Source: Bacteroidales bacterium
Lineage (GTDB): Bacteria > Bacteroidota > Bacteroidia > Bacteroidales > WCHB1-69
Length of the DNA: 64,000 bases
Assembly (NCBI GenBank): GCA_031286285.1
Contig: JAITUN010000100.1
Span: 222-64,221, forward strand
Direction: 5' to 3'
The notes under the pieces were generated by a model. That model ran no database searches and was not told the DNA's origin. It was given only the letters and a program-made list of their open reading frames with translations. Position 1 is the stretch's first letter. Each line of letters starts with the position of its first letter. The position numbers and the translations under genes are program-made. Positions 52,212 through 60,512 of this stretch are shown here, in pieces.

Positions 52212-52234
52212 AAACCTATAAACCTATAAACCCA
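52212..52234 (+). repeat. Short octanucleotide array (AAACCTAT)x2.9
   Basis: AAACCTAT AAACCTAT AAACCCA, between the sprA stop (52198) and the next ATG (52239). Confidence 0.7.
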
Positions 52235-52238
52235 ATTT

Positions 52239-53492
52239 ATGAAAGATATTTTTCAAAGAATTAAAGAAACTCCTGGCCCTTTGGGACAATATCAGGAATT
52301 GGCAGATGGCTATTTCATGTTTCCTAAATTAGAAGGAGAGATCAATTCTATAATGAAATTTAATGGTAAAGATGTGCTTACGTGGAGTTTGAATAACTAT
52401 TTAGGTTTAGCAAATCATCCTGAAGTACGTGAAGCTGACGCACAAGCAGCCAAAGATTTTGGAATGGCATACCCTATGGGAGCCAGAATGATGTCTGGAG
52501 ATTCTATTTTTCACAAAAAATTAGAGCAACAACTTGCAGATTTTATTGGTAAACCTGCCGGATATTTGTTGAATTACGGCTATCAAGGAATGATTTCAAT
52601 TATTGACGTGTTAACTACACGCCGAGATGTGATTGTTTATGACAGTGAATCCCATGCATGTATTTTAGACGGACTTCGTTTGAGCTTTGCAAAAAGATTT
52701 GTATTTCAACATAATGACATGGACAGCCTGCGCAAACAACTTAATCACGCGTTACCGGTAGCAGAACTAAACGGCGGCGGTATTTTGGTTATCACAGAAG
52801 GCGTTTTTGGTATGGCAGGAGATTTAGGAAAATTAGATAAAATTGTGGAATTGAAAAAAGAGTTCCCATTTAGATTGTTAGTTGATGATGCACACGGCTT
52901 TGGAACTATGGGGAAAACAGGAGCAGGGGTCGCAGAACATTTTAATTGTTCAGAACTTGTAGATCTCTATTTCGGAACATTTGCTAAAAGTATGGCAGGA
53001 ATAGGCGGGTTCGTTGTCTCTGAAAAAGAAATTATTGACCATCTGAGATTTAACATGCGCTCTCAAATTTTTGCCAAATCTCTGCCAATGCCTATGGTAA
53101 TAGGTGGCCTAAAACGATTAGAACTACTCAAAAATAATAAAGAACTCCGTGAAAAATTATGGACAATTGTGAATGCACTCCAAAAAGGATTAAAAGAGAA
53201 AGGATTTAATATAGGTAAAACAGAATCTCCTGTAACTCCTGTCTATTTTGAAGGAGGACCTGATGAAGGTACTAATGTGGTAGTGGATTTAAGAGAAAAT
53301 TATGGAATTTTCTGTTCTATAGTTGTATATCCTGTTATCCCTAAAGGACTACTCATGCTTCGATTAATTCCTACCGCTGTACATACTTTGGCTGACGTGG
53401 AGCGTACTATTAAAGTATTTAGTGATGTAAAAGAAAAATTAGCACAAGGATTTTATAATAAACCTATCCCTAACCGAAATCTGAACCAATAA
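52239..53492 (+). CDS. PLP-dependent alpha-oxoamine synthase family enzyme (serine palmitoyltransferase / Kbl / BioF-like)
   Basis: 417 aa, NNYLGLANHP, DDAHGFG, and the PLP-lysine motif GTFAKSMAGIGGF. Confidence 0.8.
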   Translation: MKDIFQRIKETPGPLGQYQELADGYFMFPKLEGEINSIMKFNGKDVLTWSLNNYLGLANHPEVREADAQAAKDFGMAYPMGARMMSGDSIFHKKLEQQLADFIGKPAGYLLNYGYQGMISIIDVLTTRRDVIVYDSESHACILDGLRLSFAKRFVFQHNDMDSLRKQLNHALPVAELNGGGILVITEGVFGMAGDLGKLDKIVELKKEFPFRLLVDDAHGFGTMGKTGAGVAEHFNCSELVDLYFGTFAKSMAGIGGFVVSEKEIIDHLRFNMRSQIFAKSLPMPMVIGGLKRLELLKNNKELREKLWTIVNALQKGLKEKGFNIGKTESPVTPVYFEGGPDEGTNVVVDLRENYGIFCSIVVYPVIPKGLLMLRLIPTAVHTLADVERTIKVFSDVKEKLAQGFYNKPIPNRNLNQ

Positions 53493-54388
53493 TGATTACA
53501 AAATTAGAACAAGTAATTGATTTAGTAAAATCGAAACCAAAAAAAAGATTAGTAGCTGCCTTTGCGAACGATGCTCATACTATTGAAGCCGTGAACAATG
53601 CTGTTGAATTGGAAATTATCAATGCTATCCTAATCGGAGATGAATATTCTATTCGTCTTGTTTGTAAACAATTAAACATTGATGCAAATAAGTTTACTAT
53701 CATAAATGAACCCGATGAGGTTAAAGCTGCCGCTAATAGTTGTAACCTTATCAACCAAAAAGAAGCAGACATTTTAATGAAAGGAGCTCTTTCAACAGAC
53801 AAATATATGCGCGCCATTTTAAATAAAGAAACAGGATTATGCCCTCCTAACGGTGTGCTTACTCATATTGCCGTAATCGAAAACCCCGCTTACCATAAGT
53901 TGCTTATTTGTAGTGACTGTGCTATTATTCCTGAACCAGATATAAAACAAAAACAAGTGATTTTGAAACATATCATCAAAACAGCTAATGCAATTGGAAT
54001 AGAAGATCCCAAAGTCGCTATTATAGCTGCTACTGAACAGATGTCCGTTGGTATGAATGCTTGTACTGATGCCGCAATCCTGTCGAAAATGGCAGAAAGA
54101 GGCCAAATTACAGGAGCGATGATAGATGGACCTTTATCCATTGATGTTTCTTTGGACTTGGAGGCTGCAAAAATTAAGAAGATGACAGGAAAAGTAGCAG
54201 GAGACGCTGACGGAATGCTTTTCCCAAATATAGAAAGCGGAAATGTTTTTTACAAATGTTGTACTAAATTTAATAAAGCAGAAATCGGAGCTTTTATTGC
54301 GGGAGCTAAGGTTCCTTGTGTGCTTTCTTCCAGGGGAGATACTTCTCTTACAAAACTATATTCTATTGCTATTGCTGCTGCATTTTAG
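53492..54388 (+). CDS. ptb: Phosphate butyryltransferase / phosphate acyltransferase (PTA_PTB family)
   Basis: 298 aa, ...RLVAAFANDAHTIEAV...ILIGDE...ADILMKG...GNVFYK. Its ATG overlaps the upstream TAA (ATAATG). Confidence 0.75.
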   Translation: MITKLEQVIDLVKSKPKKRLVAAFANDAHTIEAVNNAVELEIINAILIGDEYSIRLVCKQLNIDANKFTIINEPDEVKAAANSCNLINQKEADILMKGALSTDKYMRAILNKETGLCPPNGVLTHIAVIENPAYHKLLICSDCAIIPEPDIKQKQVILKHIIKTANAIGIEDPKVAIIAATEQMSVGMNACTDAAILSKMAERGQITGAMIDGPLSIDVSLDLEAAKIKKMTGKVAGDADGMLFPNIESGNVFYKCCTKFNKAEIGAFIAGAKVPCVLSSRGDTSLTKLYSIAIAAAF

Positions 54389-54450
54389 ATTGTTAAAACA
54401 AAAAATAATCCGAATTAAAAAACGTTAATCATAATAAACTCATTGATATT

Positions 54451-57303
54451 TTGAAATATATATCTAAAATTTGGTTCGTTGTTGTAGGCGTCATTATGTT
54501 GCTTACTGTTTCGTGTTCTACTCGTAAGAATACTTTTGCCACAAGAACTTACCACACTATAACTTCAAAATGGAATGTGAATTTTAACGGTAAAGAAGCT
54601 CTTTTAAAAGGAATTGCAGATTTAGACAAAAAAAAGAAAGATAATTATTTAGAAATACTCCCAATTTATTATTATGCTCCAAAACAGGACCTAACCTCAG
54701 TATTCCCATCTTTAGATAGAACAATAGAAAAAGCTTCCAAATCAGTTTTTAAACATTCTATTTTAATTCGTGGAAAAGAATATGTGAAAACTATGAATGA
54801 GGCATACTTAATGATGGGTAAAGCCTATTTCTATAAACAAGATTATAATCAAGCAAAACGAATATTTAATTACATTATTGCTACTTACAACGACTGGGGT
54901 AGTGTTGAAGAAGCTACTATTTGGCTCGCTCGTTGCGAAATGAAACAAGATTATTTTGTTCGTGCTCAATCTCTCTTGGAAGAGATAAACCCTCGCATGT
55001 TGCAAAATACAGTCAAAACAACTTCTACGAAAGATAATGATGAAGTAAAAAAATCGAAACCTGCCTCAAAAAGTAAAAGCAAATATAACAAATATCAAAA
55101 GAAAAATCAGAAGAAAAAGTTGCAGGCTCAGGCGAAAAAAGAGAAAGAATCCAAAAAGAAAACGAAGATAAGAAAACGAAAAATTACTAATAATGTTCGA
55201 CTTCAATACTATGCTGCTGAAGCAGAATACAATTTATTAGCCCCTAACGGAGATATTGAAACTGCAATTGACAATATCAAACTAGCATTGGATAATAAAC
55301 CTAAAAAAGACTTCAGAATACGTCTGTATTTTATTTTAGGACAATTATATGAAAAATTGGATAATCGACAAGAAGCCCAAAAATGGTTTTTGAAAGTTAT
55401 TAAAGCCACGCCGGAATATGAAATGGAATTTAGCTCGCGTATGCACTTGGCTGTTAATTATGATGGAACACAATTATCTAAAAGAACTATTACAAAGGAG
55501 TTAAATAAAATGCTTAAAGACTCAAAAAATGAAGATTATCGCGACCAAATCTACTTTGCTTTTGCTGAAATTGCCCGTATTGATGATAATGATGCTGATA
55601 GAGAATTTTATCTCGCTAAATCGGTAGCTGCATATACTATAAATGATTATCAGAGAACATACTCAGCAGTTTCCTTAGCTGATATTTATTTCTTTGAAGA
55701 AGAATATATTAAAGCACAAGCTTATTATGATACAGCGCTTTTGTCTTTGCCTCAAAACTACCCAAATAAAGAAAATATTATAAAGAAAGCTTCCATTTTA
55801 AGCGATCTAGTGGAAAATTTACAGATCATCCAATTACAAGATAGTTTGCAGCGCATTGCTAATTTGAGTGAAGGACAAAGACAAGCTTGGGTAAATAAAA
55901 TGATTGCTAATTATACCGAAGAGGAACGTCGTTTAGCTAAAGAAGAAGCAGATAGAATGCTGGCGCTTCAAGCTACCCAAAACTTTGCTAATGTTAATGT
56001 AAACACTCAAGGTCAAAGTAATAAATGGTATTTCTATAATCCGGGATTAGTTAGCCAAGGCGCTACAGAGTTCTACCGAAGATTTGGAAACAGAAAATTG
56101 GAAGACAACTGGAGAATTAGTAACAAAACTGCCATATCTTTTGAAGAAATGGCAGATATGAATGCAGGTGTTGAAACACAAGAAGAAGATGAGTTTGATG
56201 ATGAGGGAAATCTAATTGCAAAAAGGGAAATCGACCCGAAAAAACCTGCTTACTATACTCAAGACTTACCACTGACACCTGAATCTTTGGAAGCATCTAA
56301 TACGCTTATAATGAATGCAATGTATAATGCTGGAATTATTTACTTTGACCAACTAAACGACTTGAAACGCTCAAATGAAATGCTTGAAAAACTGATTAAA
56401 AGATTCTCGCAAAGCGAACTAGTTTTGCCAAGCTATTTCCTGCTTTGGTCTAATTATACTAAATTAAATAATAAACAAAAAGCAGATGAAGCTAAAAACT
56501 TTATCCTTACGAACTATCCGGATAGCGATTACGCAAAATTAATTTTAGACCCCAATTATTATAAAAAATTGGCAGATAAAGCCAAAGAAAACGAAAACAG
56601 ATACGAAGAACTCTATGGGGTTTATCAATTAAGACAATGGGAAAGAACAGTACAAATTGCTGATGAACTGATTGAAAACTCTAATAATGTTGATTTGATC
56701 GCTAAAACTTCTTATTTAAGAGCAGTTGCATTAGGACAGATTGAAGGACAAGAAACCTTAAAAGATGCTTTAACTCAAATAATTAAAGATTTTCCTAAAG
56801 AAGAGGTTGCAGAATTGGCGAAAATATTGTTGTCTACTTTCTCAGATTCAAATCAATTTTTTTCTAGTGGGGACAATAATGATATGGGAATCCTATCCGA
56901 AAACGATAAAGCCATTGATAGTCAAAATTCACCTTTCAATCCGAATTTAGATGAACTACACTATATTATAATTTTAGTTGATGTTCATAAAAAAGTAGTA
57001 AATGATGTAAAATATGACGTTTCTAATTTTAATTCTACTTATTTTAGTTTAGAGCGGTTCAATATTAATAGTTTATACTTAAGTCAAGATGAACAACAGA
57101 TTACAGTTGCAAGATTTAAAGGAAAAACTGATGCAATGAACTATTATATTGCCTTTACTACTAATGATCTATTTTCTCCATCTATTGTTGATAACAGTAT
57201 TTTTGTGTATGCTATCTCAGCTTCTAATTATTCCATTTATTACCATAAAGTTGAACAAAGATATTTATACAAAAAGTTTTTCGAAGAGAACTATCTAAAA
57301 TAA
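54451..57303 (+). CDS. TPR-repeat lipoprotein, PorW/SprE-like (T9SS-associated)
   Basis: TTG start. Lipobox LLTVSCS followed by TRKNTFATRTYHTITSKWNVNFNG, which matches my memory of the PorW/SprE N-terminus. TPR-like helices throughout, with a Lys-rich insert. Confidence 0.5.
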   Translation: MKYISKIWFVVVGVIMLLTVSCSTRKNTFATRTYHTITSKWNVNFNGKEALLKGIADLDKKKKDNYLEILPIYYYAPKQDLTSVFPSLDRTIEKASKSVFKHSILIRGKEYVKTMNEAYLMMGKAYFYKQDYNQAKRIFNYIIATYNDWGSVEEATIWLARCEMKQDYFVRAQSLLEEINPRMLQNTVKTTSTKDNDEVKKSKPASKSKSKYNKYQKKNQKKKLQAQAKKEKESKKKTKIRKRKITNNVRLQYYAAEAEYNLLAPNGDIETAIDNIKLALDNKPKKDFRIRLYFILGQLYEKLDNRQEAQKWFLKVIKATPEYEMEFSSRMHLAVNYDGTQLSKRTITKELNKMLKDSKNEDYRDQIYFAFAEIARIDDNDADREFYLAKSVAAYTINDYQRTYSAVSLADIYFFEEEYIKAQAYYDTALLSLPQNYPNKENIIKKASILSDLVENLQIIQLQDSLQRIANLSEGQRQAWVNKMIANYTEEERRLAKEEADRMLALQATQNFANVNVNTQGQSNKWYFYNPGLVSQGATEFYRRFGNRKLEDNWRISNKTAISFEEMADMNAGVETQEEDEFDDEGNLIAKREIDPKKPAYYTQDLPLTPESLEASNTLIMNAMYNAGIIYFDQLNDLKRSNEMLEKLIKRFSQSELVLPSYFLLWSNYTKLNNKQKADEAKNFILTNYPDSDYAKLILDPNYYKKLADKAKENENRYEELYGVYQLRQWERTVQIADELIENSNNVDLIAKTSYLRAVALGQIEGQETLKDALTQIIKDFPKEEVAELAKILLSTFSDSNQFFSSGDNNDMGILSENDKAIDSQNSPFNPNLDELHYIIILVDVHKKVVNDVKYDVSNFNSTYFSLERFNINSLYLSQDEQQITVARFKGKTDAMNYYIAFTTNDLFSPSIVDNSIFVYAISASNYSIYYHKVEQRYLYKKFFEENYLK

Positions 57304-57307
57304 ACTA

Positions 57308-57730
57308 CTACTCATTCACATTCCCTTTCAATTGCAATTTAATCCTGTCTGTTTGGGCATTTGATTGTACTGTAATTTGTTTTGATATTAGTCCTGCAGT
57401 TTTCGCTGTATATACTGCTTTGATAGTACCTGTTTTACCGGGCATTATCGGCTCTTTCTGCCATACTACTTCTGTACAATCGCACGATACTATCACATCA
57501 AACAACACCAAGGGCTTATTCCCCACATTGGAAAACGTGAAGACACCTGTTTTTACGTCACCCATTTCAATCGTACCATAATCATGTACAATTTTGTCAA
57601 ATTCTATTTCAGCGCCTGAAGTAACCTTTGGAACAAAAGGTTTTTCTGATTCCTTTTTTTCTTTATTTTGTGCACAAACACAAGAAACAACTAAAATCAG
57701 GATAATAAAGAAAGAAATAATTTTATTCAT
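57308..57730 (-). CDS. DUF1573 domain secreted protein
   Basis: 140 aa with a signal peptide. FDKIVHDYGTIEMGDVKTGVFTFSNVGNKPLVLFDVIVSCDCT is the DUF1573 signature. Confidence 0.8.
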   Translation of the reverse strand: MNKIISFFIILILVVSCVCAQNKEKKESEKPFVPKVTSGAEIEFDKIVHDYGTIEMGDVKTGVFTFSNVGNKPLVLFDVIVSCDCTEVVWQKEPIMPGKTGTIKAVYTAKTAGLISKQITVQSNAQTDRIKLQLKGNVNE

Positions 57731-57799
57731 TATTCAAATATTTTTTAATTCAATAACACAAACTGCTCATATTTATTGCAAAAGCCTAAAAATATTTTT

Positions 57800-57836
57800 A
57801 TAAAAAAGAAAACCGGAGTAAAATTCACTCCGGTTT
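57800..57836 (-). terminator. Intrinsic terminator for the rpmG-DUF4295 operon
   Basis: 9-bp stem AACCGGAGT / ACTCCGGTT (57811-19 / 57827-35). On the minus strand it is followed by TTCTTTTTTAT. Confidence 0.75.
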
Positions 57837-57858
57837 CCCACAACCATGAAAACAAATA

Positions 57859-58014
57859 TTACTTTTTAGCTAAAAAGTCTTTTACATTGTCGGCTTCCAA
57901 AATAGCATCCTTAAACGTGTACGCGCCTGTTTTTGGAGAACGTTCCATTTTAATTACGCGGGTATAGGCTGCTCCGCCGGCTCTTTTTAATGTTGCAACT
58001 ACTTTCTTTGCCAT
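57859..58014 (-). CDS. DUF4295 family small protein (51 aa), not in the supplied ORF track
   Basis: Manual translation gives MAKKVVATLKRAGGAAYTRVIKMERSPKTGAYTFKDAILEADNVKDFLAKK. It lies 8 nt downstream of rpmG, the usual Bacteroidota context for DUF4295. Confidence 0.8.
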   Translation of the reverse strand: MAKKVVATLKRAGGAAYTRVIKMERSPKTGAYTFKDAILEADNVKDFLAKK

Positions 58015-58022
58015 ATCTCAAA

Positions 58023-58211
58023 CTATTTAATCTCTTTATGAATTGTTACTCTTTTTAAAAAGGGATTATATTTTTTTAATTCTAATCTTTCCGTTGTATT
58101 TTTTCTATTTTTAGTAGAAATGTATCTTGACATGCCTGGCACTCCGCTCGTTTTTTGCTCAGTGCATTCCAAAATAATTTGTTGTCGTGCTTCTTTATTT
58201 TTCTTTGCCAT
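58023..58211 (-). CDS. rpmG: 50S ribosomal protein L33
   Basis: 62 aa, [62 protein letters not shown]. Confidence 0.93.
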   Translation of the reverse strand: MAKKNKEARQQIILECTEQKTSGVPGMSRYISTKNRKNTTERLELKKYNPFLKRVTIHKEIK

Positions 58212-58256
58212 TATTCTTCTTTTTAAAAACAGATATTGGTGTCAAAAATGAGATGG

Positions 58257-58264
58257 CAAAAATA
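58257..58264 (-). promoter_or_regulatory. -7 promoter box (TATTTTTG on minus strand) for rpmG
   Basis: GTATTTTTGCCATC on the minus strand, 46 nt upstream of the ATG at 58211. Confidence 0.45.
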
Positions 58265-58332
58265 CACTTTTTTTATTATCAAAAAACAAAAAAATATTTT
58301 TAATTTTCTGTTTTTAATGTTCTAAAAATCAA

Positions 58333-58362
58333 TTCAAAATTCAAAATTCAAAATTCAAAATT
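58333..58362. repeat. Heptanucleotide array (TTCAAAA)x4.3 overlapping the obg stop codon
   Basis: Four perfect units at 58333-58360. On the minus strand the unit is TTTTGAA, and the obg TGA (58348-58350) is part of one unit. Confidence 0.9.
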
Positions 58363-59349
58363 AGTTAATTGTTTCCAAATTACATCCTTTAATTTCTCTA
58401 AATTTTTATTATTTACTGACGAAATAAACAGGATCGGAATATTTTTGGGAACATTTTTTGAAAGCATTATAGATTCTTTTTCTGTCAATAAATCGCATTT
58501 AGTAATTGCAAGCACTCTTTTTTTGTCTATTAATTCGGGGTTGTATGCCTTTAGCTCATTCAACAATATTTTATACTCTTTTTTGATACTTTTTGTATTG
58601 CAAGGAATTACAAAAAGCAGTAGGGCATTGCGTTCAATATGTCGCAAAAATCGTAACCCTAATCCTTTGCCTTGCGAGGCGCCTTCTATTATTCCCGGAA
58701 TATCGGCAATAACAAACGATTGGTATTTGTGGCAGGCCACTATTCCCAAGTTTGGACGTAGTGTAGTAAATGGATAATCTGCAATTTTAGGTTTTGCATT
58801 AGAAAGAGCCGAAATGAGTGTCGATTTTCCTGCATTAGGAAAACCCACCAATCCAACATCAGCTAAAATTTTGAGTTCTAATACCAACCATTCTTCTATG
58901 CCTTTTTCACCTGGCTGAGCAAAGCGCGGTGTTTGGCGTGTGGCTGATTTAAAATGTACATTTCCTAATCCGCCTCTCCCACCTTTTAACACTACAAACT
59001 CCTGCCCATCTTCTATCACTTCTCCAAGAAATTCGCCGGTCTCAAGATTCTTGACTACTGTTCCTAGCGGAACTTCAACAACAGCATTTTTTCCGTTTTT
59101 TCCAAAACACTGATTTGCTGATCCATTGCACCCATCCTCTGCAAAGATATGTTTCGTGTATCTCAAGTGAAGCAATGTCCATAAATTACCATTTCCTTTC
59201 AAAATTATGTCTCCGCCTTTTCCACCGTCGCCGCCATCCGGACCTGCTTTAGGATCTTTCGCCGTACGCTGCAGATGCGCAGAGCCGCTCCCACCTCTAC
59301 CCGAGCGAAACAAAATTTTTACATAATCAATAAAATTTTCTGCTGACAT
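58348..59349 (-). CDS. obg: GTPase Obg/CgtA
   Basis: 333 aa. Glycine-rich Obg fold (GRGGSGSAHL, GGDGGKGGDI), G domain GFPNAGKST and DIPGIIEGA. Confidence 0.95.
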   Translation of the reverse strand: MSAENFIDYVKILFRSGRGGSGSAHLQRTAKDPKAGPDGGDGGKGGDIILKGNGNLWTLLHLRYTKHIFAEDGCNGSANQCFGKNGKNAVVEVPLGTVVKNLETGEFLGEVIEDGQEFVVLKGGRGGLGNVHFKSATRQTPRFAQPGEKGIEEWLVLELKILADVGLVGFPNAGKSTLISALSNAKPKIADYPFTTLRPNLGIVACHKYQSFVIADIPGIIEGASQGKGLGLRFLRHIERNALLLFVIPCNTKSIKKEYKILLNELKAYNPELIDKKRVLAITKCDLLTEKESIMLSKNVPKNIPILFISSVNNKNLEKLKDVIWKQLTNFEF

Positions 59350-59367
59350 CTTTTAAACTATATAGTT

Positions 59368-59444
59368 GAGCAATGAGTAGTGAGTAATGTGAATTTCCAC
59401 AATTACCACCAACCACTAATCATTAACCTCTAACCATTACTCTT
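59368..59444. repeat. Two adjoining degenerate heptamer families (TGAGTAN x~4, then NTAACCA-like x~7)
   Basis: TGAGCAA TGAGTAG TGAGTAA TGTGAAT, then TTCCACA ATTACCA CCAACCA CTAATCA TTAACCT CTAACCA TTACTCT. The last units run into the pyrE 3' end. Confidence 0.65.
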
Positions 59445-59986
59445 GATCCGGGTTTCACAAACGGAATCCCTTTTTTGCATAACGGACAGTGTTCAGGCTC
59501 CCAACTCTCAATATCTAATTTGATTGCTTCAAAAATAGGATAGCCGACATCTCCGGCGCTCCGATTAGCAATGCAAGCAATGCCAACTATTTCAACGCCA
59601 TATTGTTTTAATGTCTCAATAGTTTCCAATGATGATTTGCCGGTTGTAACTACATCTTCTGTAATTAATACTCTTTGGCCTTGAAAAACTTCAAAGCCCC
59701 TTCGCAACATCATTTTCCCATCTTCGCGTTCGGTAAATATTGCAGGAACTCCCAATTGTCGACCTAATTCATACGCAACAATAATGCCTCCAATGGCAGG
59801 TCCTACTACAATATCCACCTGAATAGATTTCAGTTTATTAACCACAACCGACAATACTTTTGCGGCTTTATCAGGATATTGTAACAATTTAGCACATTGA
59901 CAGTACCCATTGCTGTGTCTTCCCGAAGAGAGAAGAAAATGTCCCTCCAACAAGGCTTCTGAATTTTTTAAAATATCTATGACCAT
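59423..59986 (-). CDS. pyrE: Orotate phosphoribosyltransferase
   Basis: 187 aa, [15 protein letters not shown], and the PRPP motif [13 protein letters not shown]. Confidence 0.9.
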   Translation of the reverse strand: MVIDILKNSEALLEGHFLLSSGRHSNGYCQCAKLLQYPDKAAKVLSVVVNKLKSIQVDIVVGPAIGGIIVAYELGRQLGVPAIFTEREDGKMMLRRGFEVFQGQRVLITEDVVTTGKSSLETIETLKQYGVEIVGIACIANRSAGDVGYPIFEAIKLDIESWEPEHCPLCKKGIPFVKPGSRVMVRG

Positions 59987-59998
59987 ACATTATAGTGG

Positions 59999-60415
59999 TT
60001 AGTGTTTTCCACACGATTTCGAGCAGCCCTTTGGCATGGTTTTACATTCTTCCGGCAGTTTGGCACGAGCCTGCTCATTAGCTTTTACCTGATCTGCATT
60101 GAATCCTATTTTGGCAATCGCCTCGCGAATTGCATCGGGGTTGGTTTTTTTAGGATCATATGCAACGGCTATTTTGTATGAATTTGGATCATACACATAC
60201 TCTTTAATACCTTTTGTAAAGGGCAAATTTGCTTTAAAAATCTCATCACTCTTCGTAGAATAAGCATTGGTTTGAATGATAATAGTTTCTGCACCTTTTA
60301 CTTCAAGTTTTGGTTCCTCACTACATTTTGCTGCGGCTGCTGAATTACATTGGTGTTGTGCCATCGCGGTAAAAATGAAAATAGATAATGTTACAATTGC
60401 AATAATTTTTTTCAT
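59999..60415 (-). CDS. Secreted HMA-like (ferredoxin-fold) domain protein with Cys-rich termini
   Basis: Signal peptide. The central segment resembles a heavy-metal-associated domain (KIAVAYDPKKTNPDAIREAIAKIGFNA) but the CxxC position reads YSTKSD. Terminal cysteines: HQCNSAAAAKC and ECKTMPKGCSKSCGKH. Confidence 0.45.
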   Translation of the reverse strand: MKKIIAIVTLSIFIFTAMAQHQCNSAAAAKCSEEPKLEVKGAETIIIQTNAYSTKSDEIFKANLPFTKGIKEYVYDPNSYKIAVAYDPKKTNPDAIREAIAKIGFNADQVKANEQARAKLPEECKTMPKGCSKSCGKH

Positions 60416-60444
60416 AGAATTTTTTTTTATGTTATTTGAAGTTG

Positions 60445-60452
60445 CAAAAATA
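60445..60452 (-). promoter_or_regulatory. -7 promoter box (TATTTTTG on minus strand) for the HMA-like gene
   Basis: CTATTTTTGCAAC on the minus strand, 30 nt upstream of the ATG at 60415. Confidence 0.4.
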
Positions 60453-60512
60453 GTTTTTTTTTCTTTAGATAAAATTTGTCTTTCTTTATGAATATTAATA
60501 TGAATTTCTCTC

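Noticed and set aside
57776-57967. 63-aa plus-strand ORF in the DUF1573/rpmG spacer
   Set aside because: It overlaps the terminator hairpin, and the opposite strand encodes the well-conserved DUF4295 small protein (57859-58014).
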